A DNA stretch of 64,000 bases from an uncultured Acidobacteriota bacterium (GTDB lineage Bacteria > Acidobacteriota > Thermoanaerobaculia > Gp7-AA8), in NCBI GenBank assembly GCA_963822445.1, contig CAWGHO010000002.1, positions 2,432,001 through 2,496,000 on the forward strand. The letters are read 5' to 3'. Position 1 is the first letter of the stretch. Each line of letters opens with the position of its first letter. The position numbers and the translations under genes are program-made. The notes under the pieces are model-generated. The model made no database searches, was not told the DNA's origin, and saw only the letters and a program-made list of their open reading frames with translations. Shown here one piece after another: positions 28,728-38,396 of this stretch.

Positions 28728-30464
28728 ATGGCCGAACTGCCCGGAATCGAGCGCGAGACCCTCGACGTCGACGTCGTCATCGTCGGCGCCGGACCGGCGG
28801 GTCTCGCCGCGGCGTACAGGCTCGCGGAGCTGATCAAGCTTCATAACGAGTCTGATCGTGCCGCCGCCGAAAACGGCGGCGGGTCGAGTGCGTCGAAGAA
28901 GCTCGAGAACATCTCCATCGCCCTGCTCGAAAAAGGCAAGGAGATCGGCTCGCACGGCATCTCCGGCGCGGTCATGGATCCGCGCGGCATCGCCGAGCTG
29001 ATGCCCGACTGGCTGGAGCGCGGTTGCCCGGTCGAGTCGCCCGTGAAGACCGACGCATTCTGGTATCTCACCGAGAAACAGAAAATCGCCGCGCCGATCA
29101 TGCCGCCGCCCCTCCAGAACCACGGCAACTACGTGGTCTCCCTCGGCGAGCTCGTTCGCTGGATGGCGCCGATCGTCGGCGAGATGGGCGTGGACCTGTT
29201 CGCGGAGTTCGCCGCGTCACGCGTCCTGGTCGAGAACGGCCGCGTCGTCGGCGTGCGCACCGGCGACAAAGGCATCGACAAGAACGGCCAGGCGAAGGCG
29301 AACTTCGAGCCGGGCGTCGACGTGCGCGCGAAGATGACCATCCTCGCCGAAGGGCCGCGCGGCACGCTCTCGAAACAGCTCGCCGGACTGTTCGACCTCT
29401 ACGCTGGCAAACATCCGCAGGTCTATTCGCTCGGCGTGAAGGAGCTCTGGCAGCTTCCGGACGATCGTTTTCCCGCGGGCACGGTCATCCACACGATGGG
29501 CTTTCCGCTGGACATGGACACGTTCGGCGGCGCCTTCATTTACGGCATGAAAGACCGCATCGTCGACATCGGTCTGGTGGTCGGTCTCGATTACAAGAAC
29601 CCGACCCTCGACGCTCACAACGAGCTGCAGCGGATGAAGCTGCATCCCGCGATCCGGAAGATCCTCGAGGGCGGGAAGATGATCTCCGCCGGCGCGAAGG
29701 CGATTCCGGAAGGCGGCTACTACTCGATGCCCCGCCTGCACGGCGACGGCTTCATGATCCTCGGCGACTCCGCCGGTTTCCTGAACGGCGCCCGGCTGAA
29801 GGGGATTCACCTCGCGTTCAAGTCCGGAATCATGGCCGCGGAGGCGGCTTTTCACGCGCTGCTCAACGACGACTACTCCTCCGCGCAACTCAAGGAGTAC
29901 GACGACCTGTTCGAAGCGTCGTGGGCGAGGGAAGAGCTATTCCTGCAGCGCAACTTCCATCAGGCCTTCGAGCACGGCCAGATCGCGGGGATGCTCAACG
30001 CCGGCGTGGGCATGATCACCAAAGGCCGCGGCTTCGGCATCGCGAACAAGCTCGAAGGACACGCCGGTCATGAGCGGATGGTGCGCATCAAGCGCTACTT
30101 CGGCTCGGACGATCCCCATCCGCCGGGCAAGGTGAAGTACGACAACCAGTACACGTTCGACAAAGTGACGAACGTCTACAACGGCGGCGTGATCCACGAG
30201 GAGAACCAGCCCGCGCATCTGCTGATCCTCGATACCGAGGTTTGCATCACGCGGTGCACGGAAGAGTATGGAAATCCGTGCTTCCACTTCTGCCCCGCGC
30301 AGGTTTACGAGCCGCAGCCGACAGCGGACGGGCGCGGGCGGGTGCCGTTCCTCAACTTCACGAACTGCTTCCACTGCAAGACGTGCGACATCATGGATCC
30401 CTATCAGGTGATCACCTGGGTGCCGCCGGAAGGTGGCGGCGGGCCGGATTACAAGAAGTTGTAG
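28728..30464 (+). CDS. Electron transfer flavoprotein-ubiquinone oxidoreductase (ETF-QO)
   Basis: DVVIVGAGPAGL, HGISGAV, AKAIPEGGYYS, RLKGIHLAFKSG, and the 4Fe-4S Cys pattern FCPAQVYE...NCFHCKTCDI. Confidence 0.95.
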   Translation: MAELPGIERETLDVDVVIVGAGPAGLAAAYRLAELIKLHNESDRAAAENGGGSSASKKLENISIALLEKGKEIGSHGISGAVMDPRGIAELMPDWLERGCPVESPVKTDAFWYLTEKQKIAAPIMPPPLQNHGNYVVSLGELVRWMAPIVGEMGVDLFAEFAASRVLVENGRVVGVRTGDKGIDKNGQAKANFEPGVDVRAKMTILAEGPRGTLSKQLAGLFDLYAGKHPQVYSLGVKELWQLPDDRFPAGTVIHTMGFPLDMDTFGGAFIYGMKDRIVDIGLVVGLDYKNPTLDAHNELQRMKLHPAIRKILEGGKMISAGAKAIPEGGYYSMPRLHGDGFMILGDSAGFLNGARLKGIHLAFKSGIMAAEAAFHALLNDDYSSAQLKEYDDLFEASWAREELFLQRNFHQAFEHGQIAGMLNAGVGMITKGRGFGIANKLEGHAGHERMVRIKRYFGSDDPHPPGKVKYDNQYTFDKVTNVYNGGVIHEENQPAHLLILDTEVCITRCTEEYGNPCFHFCPAQVYEPQPTADGRGRVPFLNFTNCFHCKTCDIMDPYQVITWVPPEGGGGPDYKKL

Positions 30465-30465
30465 G

Positions 30466-30494
30466 AAAACGGCGGCGAACTCGGCCGCCGTTTT
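30466..30494. terminator. Intrinsic terminator after ETF-QO (potentially bidirectional)
   Basis: AAAACGGCGGC-gaactcg-GCCGCCGTTTT: an 11-bp stem with A/T tails, immediately after the stop codon. Confidence 0.8.
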
Positions 30495-30513
30495 GCTATT
30501 TGCGGTCTCGAAC

Positions 30514-32835
30514 ATGAGACGCTTCACGGGCCACGCGATCGCCCTGGTCGCCGTCGTTGTGGCGACGGCGATCACCATCGCCCTCGGCGACCTCCTGGCG
30601 CCGATGCGCCTGTTTTTCTTCTGGGCGGCGGTGCTGATCACGGCGGTCGTGGCGGGCGTGGGGCCGGCGGCGTCCGCGATTTTGCTGTCGGTGATTGCCC
30701 AGGCGCTTTTCCTCGGCGTCGACACGCCTGCCGACGTCCTGCGGCTCGCGCTGTTCATGGTCTTCTCCGGCGGCATCAGCCTGGCCGTCGGATTTCGGCG
30801 GCGAGCGGAAGAGCGTGCGGCCGCCCTCAGCGCGGAGCTTCGTTTGAACGAGCTTCGCTACCGCACGCTCGTCGAGGCGACGTCGGTTGAGCAGACCGTC
30901 TGGACGGCGACGCCGGACGGCCGCATCGACTGGGGCGATGCCTGGGTCGCGATCACCGGGCAGAGTCGCGAAGGCGTCATTCATTCCGAGGATGCCGCGC
31001 GAACGTGGGACCTGTGGAAGTCGGCGGTGGCCGCGGAGAAGCCGTACGAAGACGAAGTGCGCGTGCTCGTGAAGGGCGGAACCTGGCAATGGTTCGCGAT
31101 CCGCGCGGTACCGGTGCAGGTCGACGGCAAGGTCGCGGAGTGGGTGGGCATCATCGCCGACATCGACGCGCGGAAGCGTCACGAGCAGCAGAGCGACTTT
31201 CTGAATCGCGCCAGCGAGATCCTCTCGTCATCGCTCGATTACGACCGGACGCTCCGCAATCTGGCCCGCCTCTGCGTTCCGGCCCTCGGCGACTGGTGCG
31301 CAATTCACCTCGCACGCGACGGAACCGATTACGAGCGCGTGGTCGTCGAACATACCGATCCCGCGAAGCTTCATTTCGTCGAGCAGCTCGATCGCAACGT
31401 GCGGCCGTCGCCCGAGATCGATCCGATCGTGCAGGTCATCCAGTCCGGCCGCTCGCACCTCGTCGAGCATGTGGCCGACGAGATGCTCGACGCCATGGCC
31501 GGATCGGACGAGCAGTTGAAAGCGGTGCGGGCGATGGGCTTCCGCTCGTGGATCGTCGCGCCCATGATCACGGGCGGTCACACGCTGGGAACGCTCACCG
31601 TCGTCCATGGCGAATCGGGCCGGCGTTACTCGCAGGACGACCTGCCGTTTCTCGAAGATGTGGCCCGGCGCGCGGCTACGGCGATCGAGAACGCGCGTCT
31701 TTTCGAGGCGGCCGAGGCGGCGAATCGCGCGAAGGACGAGTTCCTGGCGACGCTGTCCCACGAGCTGCGCACGCCGCTGACGGCCATCGCCGGCTGGTCG
31801 CACATGCTGCAGGTCGGCAGCGTCGACGAACAGACGTCGAAGCTCGCCGTGGACACGATCGTGCGAAGTGCGCGAACGCAGGCGGAGCTCATCGACGACC
31901 TGCTCGACATCTCGCGCGTCGTCGCCGGAACGCTGCATCTCGTCGTGACGACCGTCGATCTGACCACGATCGTCGATGACATCCTCGTGGCTGCGCGGCC
32001 GGCGGCGGACGCGCGAGGTCTCACGCTGGAACGCGAGAACGGAGACGTCGCGGTGCTGGTGCGCGGCGACGAGCGGCGTCTGCGGCAGGTGGTCTGGAAC
32101 CTGGTCTCGAACGCGGTGAAGTTCACCGATCCGGGCGGCGCGATCTTGATCTCGGTCTCGGTCGAGGGTCGCAACGCGCGGCTGGAGGTCCGCGACACGG
32201 GTCAGGGAATCGAGCGCTCGTTCCTGCCGTACGTATGGGACCGTTTCCGCCAGGCCGACAGCAGCACCTCCCGTCAGCACGGCGGTCTGGGCCTCGGCCT
32301 CGCCGTCGTGCGCCATCTCGTCGAGCTTCACGGCGGAACGGTGAGCGTCGAAAGCGCCGGCGCCGGCCGCGGCTCGCGCTTCACGGTGGAGATGCCGCTG
32401 GCGCGTCTCGACTCGGCAGCCGCGAGCGCGATGCACGTGAAGGAGAAACGCGACACGCCGTTGAGCGGCCGCAAGGTCCTCGTGGTCGATGACGATGCGG
32501 ACGCGCGCGTGGTTCTGACGGCGATGCTCCGCCAGCACGGCGCGCAGGTGGCCGCGGCGGATTCGGTCCAGGGTGCGCTGCATGCGATCGAGTCGGAAAC
32601 GTTCGCCGCCGTCGTCAGCGACATCGCCATGCCGGGCGAGGACGGCTACGCGCTGGCCCGGCGCATCCGGGAGAAATCGAGCGTCCCGATGATCGCCGTC
32701 TCCGCGATCGCCACCGGCGTCGACGACCGCAACCGTGCCCTCGGCGAAGGCTTCGACGATTTCGTCCGCAAGCCCGTCGATCCGCGGCATCTGGCTGAGG
32801 TGGTGCGTCAGGCGATCCTGAAGCGACCGGTGTAG
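30514..32835 (+). CDS. Hybrid sensor histidine kinase (DUF4118-like TM, PAS, GAF, HisKA, HATPase, REC)
   Basis: FLATLSHELRTPL, NLVSNAVKFT, GGLGLGLAVV, VLVVDDD, SDIAMPGEDG. Confidence 0.92.
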   Translation: MRRFTGHAIALVAVVVATAITIALGDLLAPMRLFFFWAAVLITAVVAGVGPAASAILLSVIAQALFLGVDTPADVLRLALFMVFSGGISLAVGFRRRAEERAAALSAELRLNELRYRTLVEATSVEQTVWTATPDGRIDWGDAWVAITGQSREGVIHSEDAARTWDLWKSAVAAEKPYEDEVRVLVKGGTWQWFAIRAVPVQVDGKVAEWVGIIADIDARKRHEQQSDFLNRASEILSSSLDYDRTLRNLARLCVPALGDWCAIHLARDGTDYERVVVEHTDPAKLHFVEQLDRNVRPSPEIDPIVQVIQSGRSHLVEHVADEMLDAMAGSDEQLKAVRAMGFRSWIVAPMITGGHTLGTLTVVHGESGRRYSQDDLPFLEDVARRAATAIENARLFEAAEAANRAKDEFLATLSHELRTPLTAIAGWSHMLQVGSVDEQTSKLAVDTIVRSARTQAELIDDLLDISRVVAGTLHLVVTTVDLTTIVDDILVAARPAADARGLTLERENGDVAVLVRGDERRLRQVVWNLVSNAVKFTDPGGAILISVSVEGRNARLEVRDTGQGIERSFLPYVWDRFRQADSSTSRQHGGLGLGLAVVRHLVELHGGTVSVESAGAGRGSRFTVEMPLARLDSAAASAMHVKEKRDTPLSGRKVLVVDDDADARVVLTAMLRQHGAQVAAADSVQGALHAIESETFAAVVSDIAMPGEDGYALARRIREKSSVPMIAVSAIATGVDDRNRALGEGFDDFVRKPVDPRHLAEVVRQAILKRPV

Positions 32836-32853
32836 TGCGGGCCTCCGGCCTGC
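32832..32853 (+). repeat. Single REP-like element (GTAG + hairpin) overlapping the kinase stop codon
   Basis: GTAG-t-GCGGGC-ctccg-GCCTGC. Confidence 0.45.
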
Positions 32854-32962
32854 CTCCGGGCGGGGTGAAACACCGAATTGCAATAAGACGTAACAACCGG
32901 GATGAGACCGCTCCCGGACCCTGTTGCAGCGGGCACGATTCTGGTTTAGTGGGTGGTAAGCG

Positions 32963-33925
32963 ATGGCTAGTCAACCAGTTCCCGTTTCCCGGACCCTCGA
33001 CAAGGTTGCCGCGCTGCAGACCAATGTCGAGCGGGTGATCCGCGGCAAGTCCGAAGTCGTGCAGTTCTGCATCGCGGCCCTGCTCGCCAAAGGACACATC
33101 CTGCTCGAGGACGTACCGGGCGTCGGCAAGACCACCCTCGCCCACGCGCTGGCCCGCTCGCTGTCGCTCGATTTTCAGCGCATCCAGTTCACCAGCGACC
33201 TCATGCCGGCGGACATCGTCGGCGTGACGATTTACAACCAGGACCTGCAGGAGTTCGAGTTCGTTTCGGGACCGATCTTCACCAACGTGCTTCTGGCCGA
33301 CGAGATCAACCGCGCGACGCCGAAGTCGCAGTCGGCACTGCTCGAAGCGATGAGCGAAGGGATGATCTCGATCGAGAAGCGCCGCCTGGCCCTGCCCGAT
33401 CCGTTTCTGGTCATCGCTACGCAGAACCCGATCGAGCATGTTGGAACGTATCCGCTTCCGGAGTCGCAGCTCGACCGCTTCCTGATGAAGCTGACCATCG
33501 GCTATCCGAACGCGTCGGACGAGAAGCAGTTGCTCCGCGACGGCGGGGCGCAGGACGCGCTCGAGCATTTGCAGCCGGTCGTCGATCCCGACGAAGTGCG
33601 CGATCTGCAGGCCCGCGTCGGCACGGTCCACGTCAGCGAGTCACTGGTCGAGTATCTGATGACGATCGTGCAGACGACGCGCACACATGCCGAGGTTGCG
33701 CTGGGTGTGTCGACTCGCGGGGCGCTGACGTACTTCAAGGCCTGCCAGGCGTTGGCGATGGTCGCCGGCCGCGATTTCGTGATTCCCGACGACATCAAGC
33801 GCCTGGCCGGGCCGGTGCTCTCGCACCGCATCGTGATGAAGGACCGCCGCTTCTCCCGCGGCGACTTCACGCCCGAGACGAAATTCATCCACCGGATCGT
33901 GAACGAGATCGCCGTTCCGAGGTGA
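32963..33925 (+). CDS. moxR: MoxR family AAA+ ATPase
   Basis: LLEDVPGVGKT, RIQFTSDLMPAD, DEINRATPKSQSALLEAM, GTYPLPESQLDRF. Confidence 0.93.
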   Translation: MASQPVPVSRTLDKVAALQTNVERVIRGKSEVVQFCIAALLAKGHILLEDVPGVGKTTLAHALARSLSLDFQRIQFTSDLMPADIVGVTIYNQDLQEFEFVSGPIFTNVLLADEINRATPKSQSALLEAMSEGMISIEKRRLALPDPFLVIATQNPIEHVGTYPLPESQLDRFLMKLTIGYPNASDEKQLLRDGGAQDALEHLQPVVDPDEVRDLQARVGTVHVSESLVEYLMTIVQTTRTHAEVALGVSTRGALTYFKACQALAMVAGRDFVIPDDIKRLAGPVLSHRIVMKDRRFSRGDFTPETKFIHRIVNEIAVPR

Positions 33926-33929
33926 CCTC

Positions 33930-34925
33930 ATGCCTCGTCCCTTCGAATTTGAAGGCGTCGTCCGGCTGACGAAAGTCGGCACGATTTACGTGCTGGCGAC
34001 GATCGTCCTCGCCGTCGCCGCGCTCAATACCGGCAACAACGCGCTCTACATCGCCGTGGCGTTCATGCTCGGGTCGCTCCTGCTTTCGGGGCTCGCCTCG
34101 AAGGGTGGGTTGAAGAAGATCGACGTCGAGATCGGCGGCCTGGATGAGGCGTGGGCGGGGCGGGTGGCGGATGGGACGTTGCGCGTGCGGAACCGCTCGA
34201 AGATCTGGAACGTGCGCGACATCGTCATCATCTCGCCCGATCTCGAAAAGCCCGTCTACGTCCCCCTGCTCGAGCGTCAGAGCGAGATCAGCGTCCCGGT
34301 CACATTTCTCTTCAGCCGCCGCGGGATCGCCAGGCTCGCGGCTCTCGACTCGTACACGCGTTACCCATTCGGCTTCTTTCTGAAGAAACGGCGGATGCGC
34401 GTGACCAGCGAAGTCGTCGTCTTTCCGCGCGTGCTGTCCGACGATTCGGCGAGCGAGCGGTTCCGCGCGGTGACGGGAGAGCAGAGCACGTCCAATCGCG
34501 CGGGGGTGGGAACGGAGATCCATTCCTTCCGCGAGTTCGTCCGCGGCGACTCCCTCCGCCACGTCTACTGGAAGAAATCAGCAAGCCTCGGCCGCTGGAT
34601 CATGAAGCAGACCGAGCTCGATACCGGCCGGGCCCTGCACGTCGTCGTCGATCCGTTCAAGCCGCGCGGCGCGTCGCACGACGAGTTCGAGGAGATGATC
34701 ACCGCCGCGGCGACGATGATTCATCACGCGTCGCAGCGCGGGCTCGACGTCACCCTGTCCCTGCCGCGGATCACGCTGCACGCTCGCGAATCGCACGGCG
34801 TGACGCCGCTGTTCCACGCGCTGGCGCTGATCGAGCCGATCTTCGAGCCCGTCCATCAACCGCTCGACCGCGACGCGATTTTCTTCTCGATCTCCGGAGG
34901 CCGGCATGACGCCAAGAGCGCGTGA
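33930..34925 (+). CDS. DUF58 domain protein
   Basis: AALNTGNNALY, TRYPFGFF, REFVRGDSLRHVYWKKSA; follows moxR. Confidence 0.88.
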   Translation: MPRPFEFEGVVRLTKVGTIYVLATIVLAVAALNTGNNALYIAVAFMLGSLLLSGLASKGGLKKIDVEIGGLDEAWAGRVADGTLRVRNRSKIWNVRDIVIISPDLEKPVYVPLLERQSEISVPVTFLFSRRGIARLAALDSYTRYPFGFFLKKRRMRVTSEVVVFPRVLSDDSASERFRAVTGEQSTSNRAGVGTEIHSFREFVRGDSLRHVYWKKSASLGRWIMKQTELDTGRALHVVVDPFKPRGASHDEFEEMITAAATMIHHASQRGLDVTLSLPRITLHARESHGVTPLFHALALIEPIFEPVHQPLDRDAIFFSISGGRHDAKSA

Positions 34926-36849
34926 GATCGAAACGCTGGTGCTGGCGATGTTCGCCGCGCTGCCGCTGTATTTCACGCACGCCATCGGGCTCGTGCCCGT
35001 GCTGGCCTTTCATCTCTTCATGACCGCCGTCCTGCTGCGGGTGATCGCGGGCAAAGGGCCGGAGCTCATTCCCAACGCAATTTTGAAATGGCTGGCCGTC
35101 GCGTACGTCCCGTTCTATCTCATCGACTGGATCGGTCTCTCGCACAGCGCCGTGGCCGCGTCGACGCATCTCGTGCTGTTCATCAGCGCGTATCAACCCG
35201 CCGAGTCTTTGCAGCGGAACAATCACGCCCAGCGGATGCTCACCGCGGGGCTGATCTTCACCGCCAGCGTGGCCACGTCGACGCACATGACCATCGTCGT
35301 GTTCGTCGCGGCCTTCGCGTATCTGATGTTCCGTCAGCTGATGTACGTCAGCCACATGGAGACGGTGCGCTCGCTGGAACTGCCGTATGCCGAGCCGCCG
35401 GCGTCGCGCACGGCGCTCTTTTATCTCGCCGGTGCGACGGCGATCGCGCTCGTGCTCTTTCCGCTGCTGCCGCGCGTCCGCAATCCGTTCGTGCAGGGCA
35501 TCACCGGACCGCTGACCGGATCTTCGACAGGCCTCAGCGAAAGCATCGACTTCCGCGATCCGCGCACCGCCAATCCCGGCGACGACACGGTCGTGGCCCG
35601 GGTCTGGATCGACCATCCCGCGCGGCCCTTCTTCACGCCCCTCCGCCTTCGCGGCAACGTCTACGACCGCTTCGACGATGGGGAGTGGAAGCAAACCTTC
35701 CGCGGGCTTCGCGAGGTTGGCTCGCGCAACGGTCGCTACACCGTTGGGCGCGCGAACGGGGTCTCCCGGACGATCGTCGTGCAGCAGCGTGCGCAGCGGG
35801 GGAAGCTCTTTCTGCCCGTCGGCATGTATGCGATTTCCGGTCTCTCGAATCTGTACGAAGGTCCGTCGCGGGACAGCTATCACACGTACGACCGGTCGAT
35901 GCTCAATCTGGACGTGTCGATGGCGTATCGCGCGGAACCGCTCCGGCTCGCACGCGCGGGCATGAGCGGCTATGTGGTCTCACCGGAGATTGAGGCGATG
36001 GCGCGGCAGATCGTCGGCGATGCCCAGACTCCGGAGCAACGTGCGGCGCGGATCGAGAGCTATCTGGCGAACAACTTCCGCTACGTCCCGAACTCCGGCA
36101 CGCCCGTGGCGACGATGACGCTCGACCAGTTCCTGCTCACCACGCGCGCCGGCCATTGCGAGTATTTCGCCGCGGGCATGGTCGCGCTGCTGAACGCCGT
36201 CGACGTTCCCGCGCGCATCGCCGGAGGGTTCTACGGCGGCCGCCTCAATCCGCTGACCGGCTACTTCGCCGTTCGGCGCGAGGATGCGCATGCGTGGACG
36301 GAGGTCTGGGATGGGGCGCGGTGGCTGACGTTCGATGCGACGCCGGCCTCGCTGCGGCCGGGATCGGAGGCCGCCGGTGCGCTGCGAGCGTTGATGTCGG
36401 CGATCGGCGATTCGATCACCTATTTCTGGGATCGTTACATCCTGACCTTCGGTCTCTCCGATCAGATCGCGCTCGCCGCGGAGGTGATCTCCTGGACGCG
36501 CCAGACCGCGATCGACATGCGATCGACAGTCGTCTCAAACGTGCGTGAATTGGCCACGCCGCGGTTCGGCATCCTCTTTTTCGTTTTGCTGGCGGTTGGC
36601 GCGGCGGTCGTTGCGTACGCGCGCCGGCCCCGCTCCGCTTTCCATCTGCTGGCGGCGTTCCTCGCCGAGCGCGGGATCGAAGTAAGGGAAGCGATGACGC
36701 TGGAAGAGGCCCTCGGCCGGCTCGATCCCGAATCAGCGCGCGCGGTGGCGCCTCTGGTCGCGCTGTACGAGGAAGAGGAGTTTTCGGGACGCCGCGATCC
36801 GCGGCGGATCCGCGCGCTCAGGAAACGGCTCGTCGAATTGCGCGGGTAG
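34906..36849 (+). CDS. DUF3488 + transglutaminase-like membrane protein (TgpA-like)
   Basis: N-terminal TM bundle; catalytic triad GHCEYFA, DAHAWTEVW, FDATP. Confidence 0.88.
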   Translation: MTPRAREIETLVLAMFAALPLYFTHAIGLVPVLAFHLFMTAVLLRVIAGKGPELIPNAILKWLAVAYVPFYLIDWIGLSHSAVAASTHLVLFISAYQPAESLQRNNHAQRMLTAGLIFTASVATSTHMTIVVFVAAFAYLMFRQLMYVSHMETVRSLELPYAEPPASRTALFYLAGATAIALVLFPLLPRVRNPFVQGITGPLTGSSTGLSESIDFRDPRTANPGDDTVVARVWIDHPARPFFTPLRLRGNVYDRFDDGEWKQTFRGLREVGSRNGRYTVGRANGVSRTIVVQQRAQRGKLFLPVGMYAISGLSNLYEGPSRDSYHTYDRSMLNLDVSMAYRAEPLRLARAGMSGYVVSPEIEAMARQIVGDAQTPEQRAARIESYLANNFRYVPNSGTPVATMTLDQFLLTTRAGHCEYFAAGMVALLNAVDVPARIAGGFYGGRLNPLTGYFAVRREDAHAWTEVWDGARWLTFDATPASLRPGSEAAGALRALMSAIGDSITYFWDRYILTFGLSDQIALAAEVISWTRQTAIDMRSTVVSNVRELATPRFGILFFVLLAVGAAVVAYARRPRSAFHLLAAFLAERGIEVREAMTLEEALGRLDPESARAVAPLVALYEEEEFSGRRDPRRIRALRKRLVELRG

Positions 36850-37587
36850 CTACTTCATCGTCGGCAGGCGCCGCGGACTCCGCATCAGCGCGGCCATTTC
36901 CCGCACCGCCGCTTCCAGCCCCACCAGCGCGGCCCGGGCGATGATCGAGTGGCCGATGTTCAGCTCTTCGATCTCCGGGATGGTGGTGATGCCGTCGATG
37001 TTCCGGTAAGTGAGTCCGTGACCGGCCAGGACGACGAGGCCGAGCTTTTTCGCCGCTCGCGCGGCAGTGGCGATCTTGTCGAGCTCCTGCGGCCAGTGAC
37101 CGGTCTTCCAGGCATCGGCGAACTTGCCGGTGTTGATCTCCACCTTCGGGGCGCGGAGCTTGTGGCACTGCCGGATCTGCTCGAGATCGGGATCGACGAA
37201 GATCGAGACGTCGATGCGCGCTTCGAGAAGCTGATTGACGGCCTTCTCGACATTCCCCGAGTGCAGCACGACATCGAGCCCGCCCTCTGTGGTGATCTCG
37301 TCCTTCCGCTCCGGCACGAGCGTGACCTGATGGGGCTTGACGGTCTGGGCGATGCGGATCATCTCGGACGTCGCGGCCATCTCGATGTTGAGATGCGTGG
37401 CCACGGTTCTCTTGAGCAGCTCGACGTCGCGGTCCTGGATGTGGCGCCGGTCGCCGCGCAGATGGACGGTGATGCCCTGCGCGCCGCCGAGCTCACAGAG
37501 GACGGCCGCCGCGACCGGATCGGGCTCGTCGGTCTTGCGCGCCTCACGGATGGTGGCGATGTGATCGATGTTGACTGCCAGACGCAT
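36850..37587 (-). CDS. pdxJ: Pyridoxine 5'-phosphate synthase
   Basis: LAVNIDHIATIREAR, GITVHLRGDRRHIQD, TTEGGLD, AGHGLTY, ELNIGHSI. Confidence 0.96.
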   Translation of the reverse strand: MRLAVNIDHIATIREARKTDEPDPVAAAVLCELGGAQGITVHLRGDRRHIQDRDVELLKRTVATHLNIEMAATSEMIRIAQTVKPHQVTLVPERKDEITTEGGLDVVLHSGNVEKAVNQLLEARIDVSIFVDPDLEQIRQCHKLRAPKVEINTGKFADAWKTGHWPQELDKIATAARAAKKLGLVVLAGHGLTYRNIDGITTIPEIEELNIGHSIIARAALVGLEAAVREMAALMRSPRRLPTMK

Positions 37588-37604
37588 GCGTGTAGGTTAG
37601 CAGC
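37588..37604. promoter_or_regulatory. 17-bp bidirectional promoter with overlapping -10 boxes
   Basis: Minus strand TGcTAACCT is 6 nt before pdxJ ATG; plus strand TAGGTT is 6 nt before GTG 37605. Confidence 0.5.
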
Positions 37605-38390
37605 GTGTCCCGGCGTCAAACGCTCGTTGTCATAGTTGCGGCCCTCGTCGTCGTCGCGTCGGGCCTGTTCATCGCGTACGGCGGAAGGATCTGGTATCCG
37701 TGGCTTCTCCAGATTCGCGGGCCGCGATCGGTCGCCGATGTCGTTGCGAAATACGGAGCCGCCGCAGGGTCGCGGCTCGCGCCGCACTTCAAACGCGCCG
37801 GCGTGGCCTATCCGCCGAAGGACATCGCCATTCTGGTCTTCAAGGACGAGCGCCGCCTCGCCCTCTGGGCGCGGAGCGGCCCACGGTGGCGCTTCATCCG
37901 CGACTACCCGGTTCTCGCCGCAAGCGGACACGCCGGCCCGAAGCTTCGGGAAGGCGATCAGCAGGTTCCCGAGGGCGTTTACCGGATCGGGCATCTCAAT
38001 CCGAACAGCAGCTTCCACCTGTCGATGAAGGTCGATTATCCGAACGCGTTCGACCGCCGAATGGCCCAGCGCGATCGCCGGACGACGCTGGGCGGGGACA
38101 TCTTCATCCACGGCAAAAGTGTCTCGATCGGATGCGTTGCCGTTGGCGATCGAGCCATCGAGGAGCTTTTCACCCTGGTCGCACGAACGGGGCACCCGCG
38201 GGTCAAAGTCGTCATCGCGCCGAACGACCTTCGCACCCGTGGGCCAATCGTCGACGAACGTTCGCCTGCATGGGTGGGCGAGCTCTATCGCATTGTCGCC
38301 GCGGCCCTTGCCGAGTTCCCCGTGTGGATGGAATCGAGCGCGAACGTCGACGTCCTAGGAATGGAAAAGAAGCCGCGCGTGATTAAGTAG
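37605..38390 (+). CDS. YkuD / L,D-transpeptidase family protein (YafK/DpaA-like)
   Basis: N-terminal TM; GPKLREGDQQVPEGVY, NPNSSFHLS, GGDIFIHGKSVSIGC (His/Cys catalytic motif). Confidence 0.88.
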   Translation: MSRRQTLVVIVAALVVVASGLFIAYGGRIWYPWLLQIRGPRSVADVVAKYGAAAGSRLAPHFKRAGVAYPPKDIAILVFKDERRLALWARSGPRWRFIRDYPVLAASGHAGPKLREGDQQVPEGVYRIGHLNPNSSFHLSMKVDYPNAFDRRMAQRDRRTTLGGDIFIHGKSVSIGCVAVGDRAIEELFTLVARTGHPRVKVVIAPNDLRTRGPIVDERSPAWVGELYRIVAAALAEFPVWMESSANVDVLGMEKKPRVIK

Positions 38391-38396
38391 CCCGCG

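Noticed and set aside
32963-36849. MoxR-DUF58-transglutaminase as a novel system
   Set aside because: Widespread, previously described gene trio; nothing atypical here.
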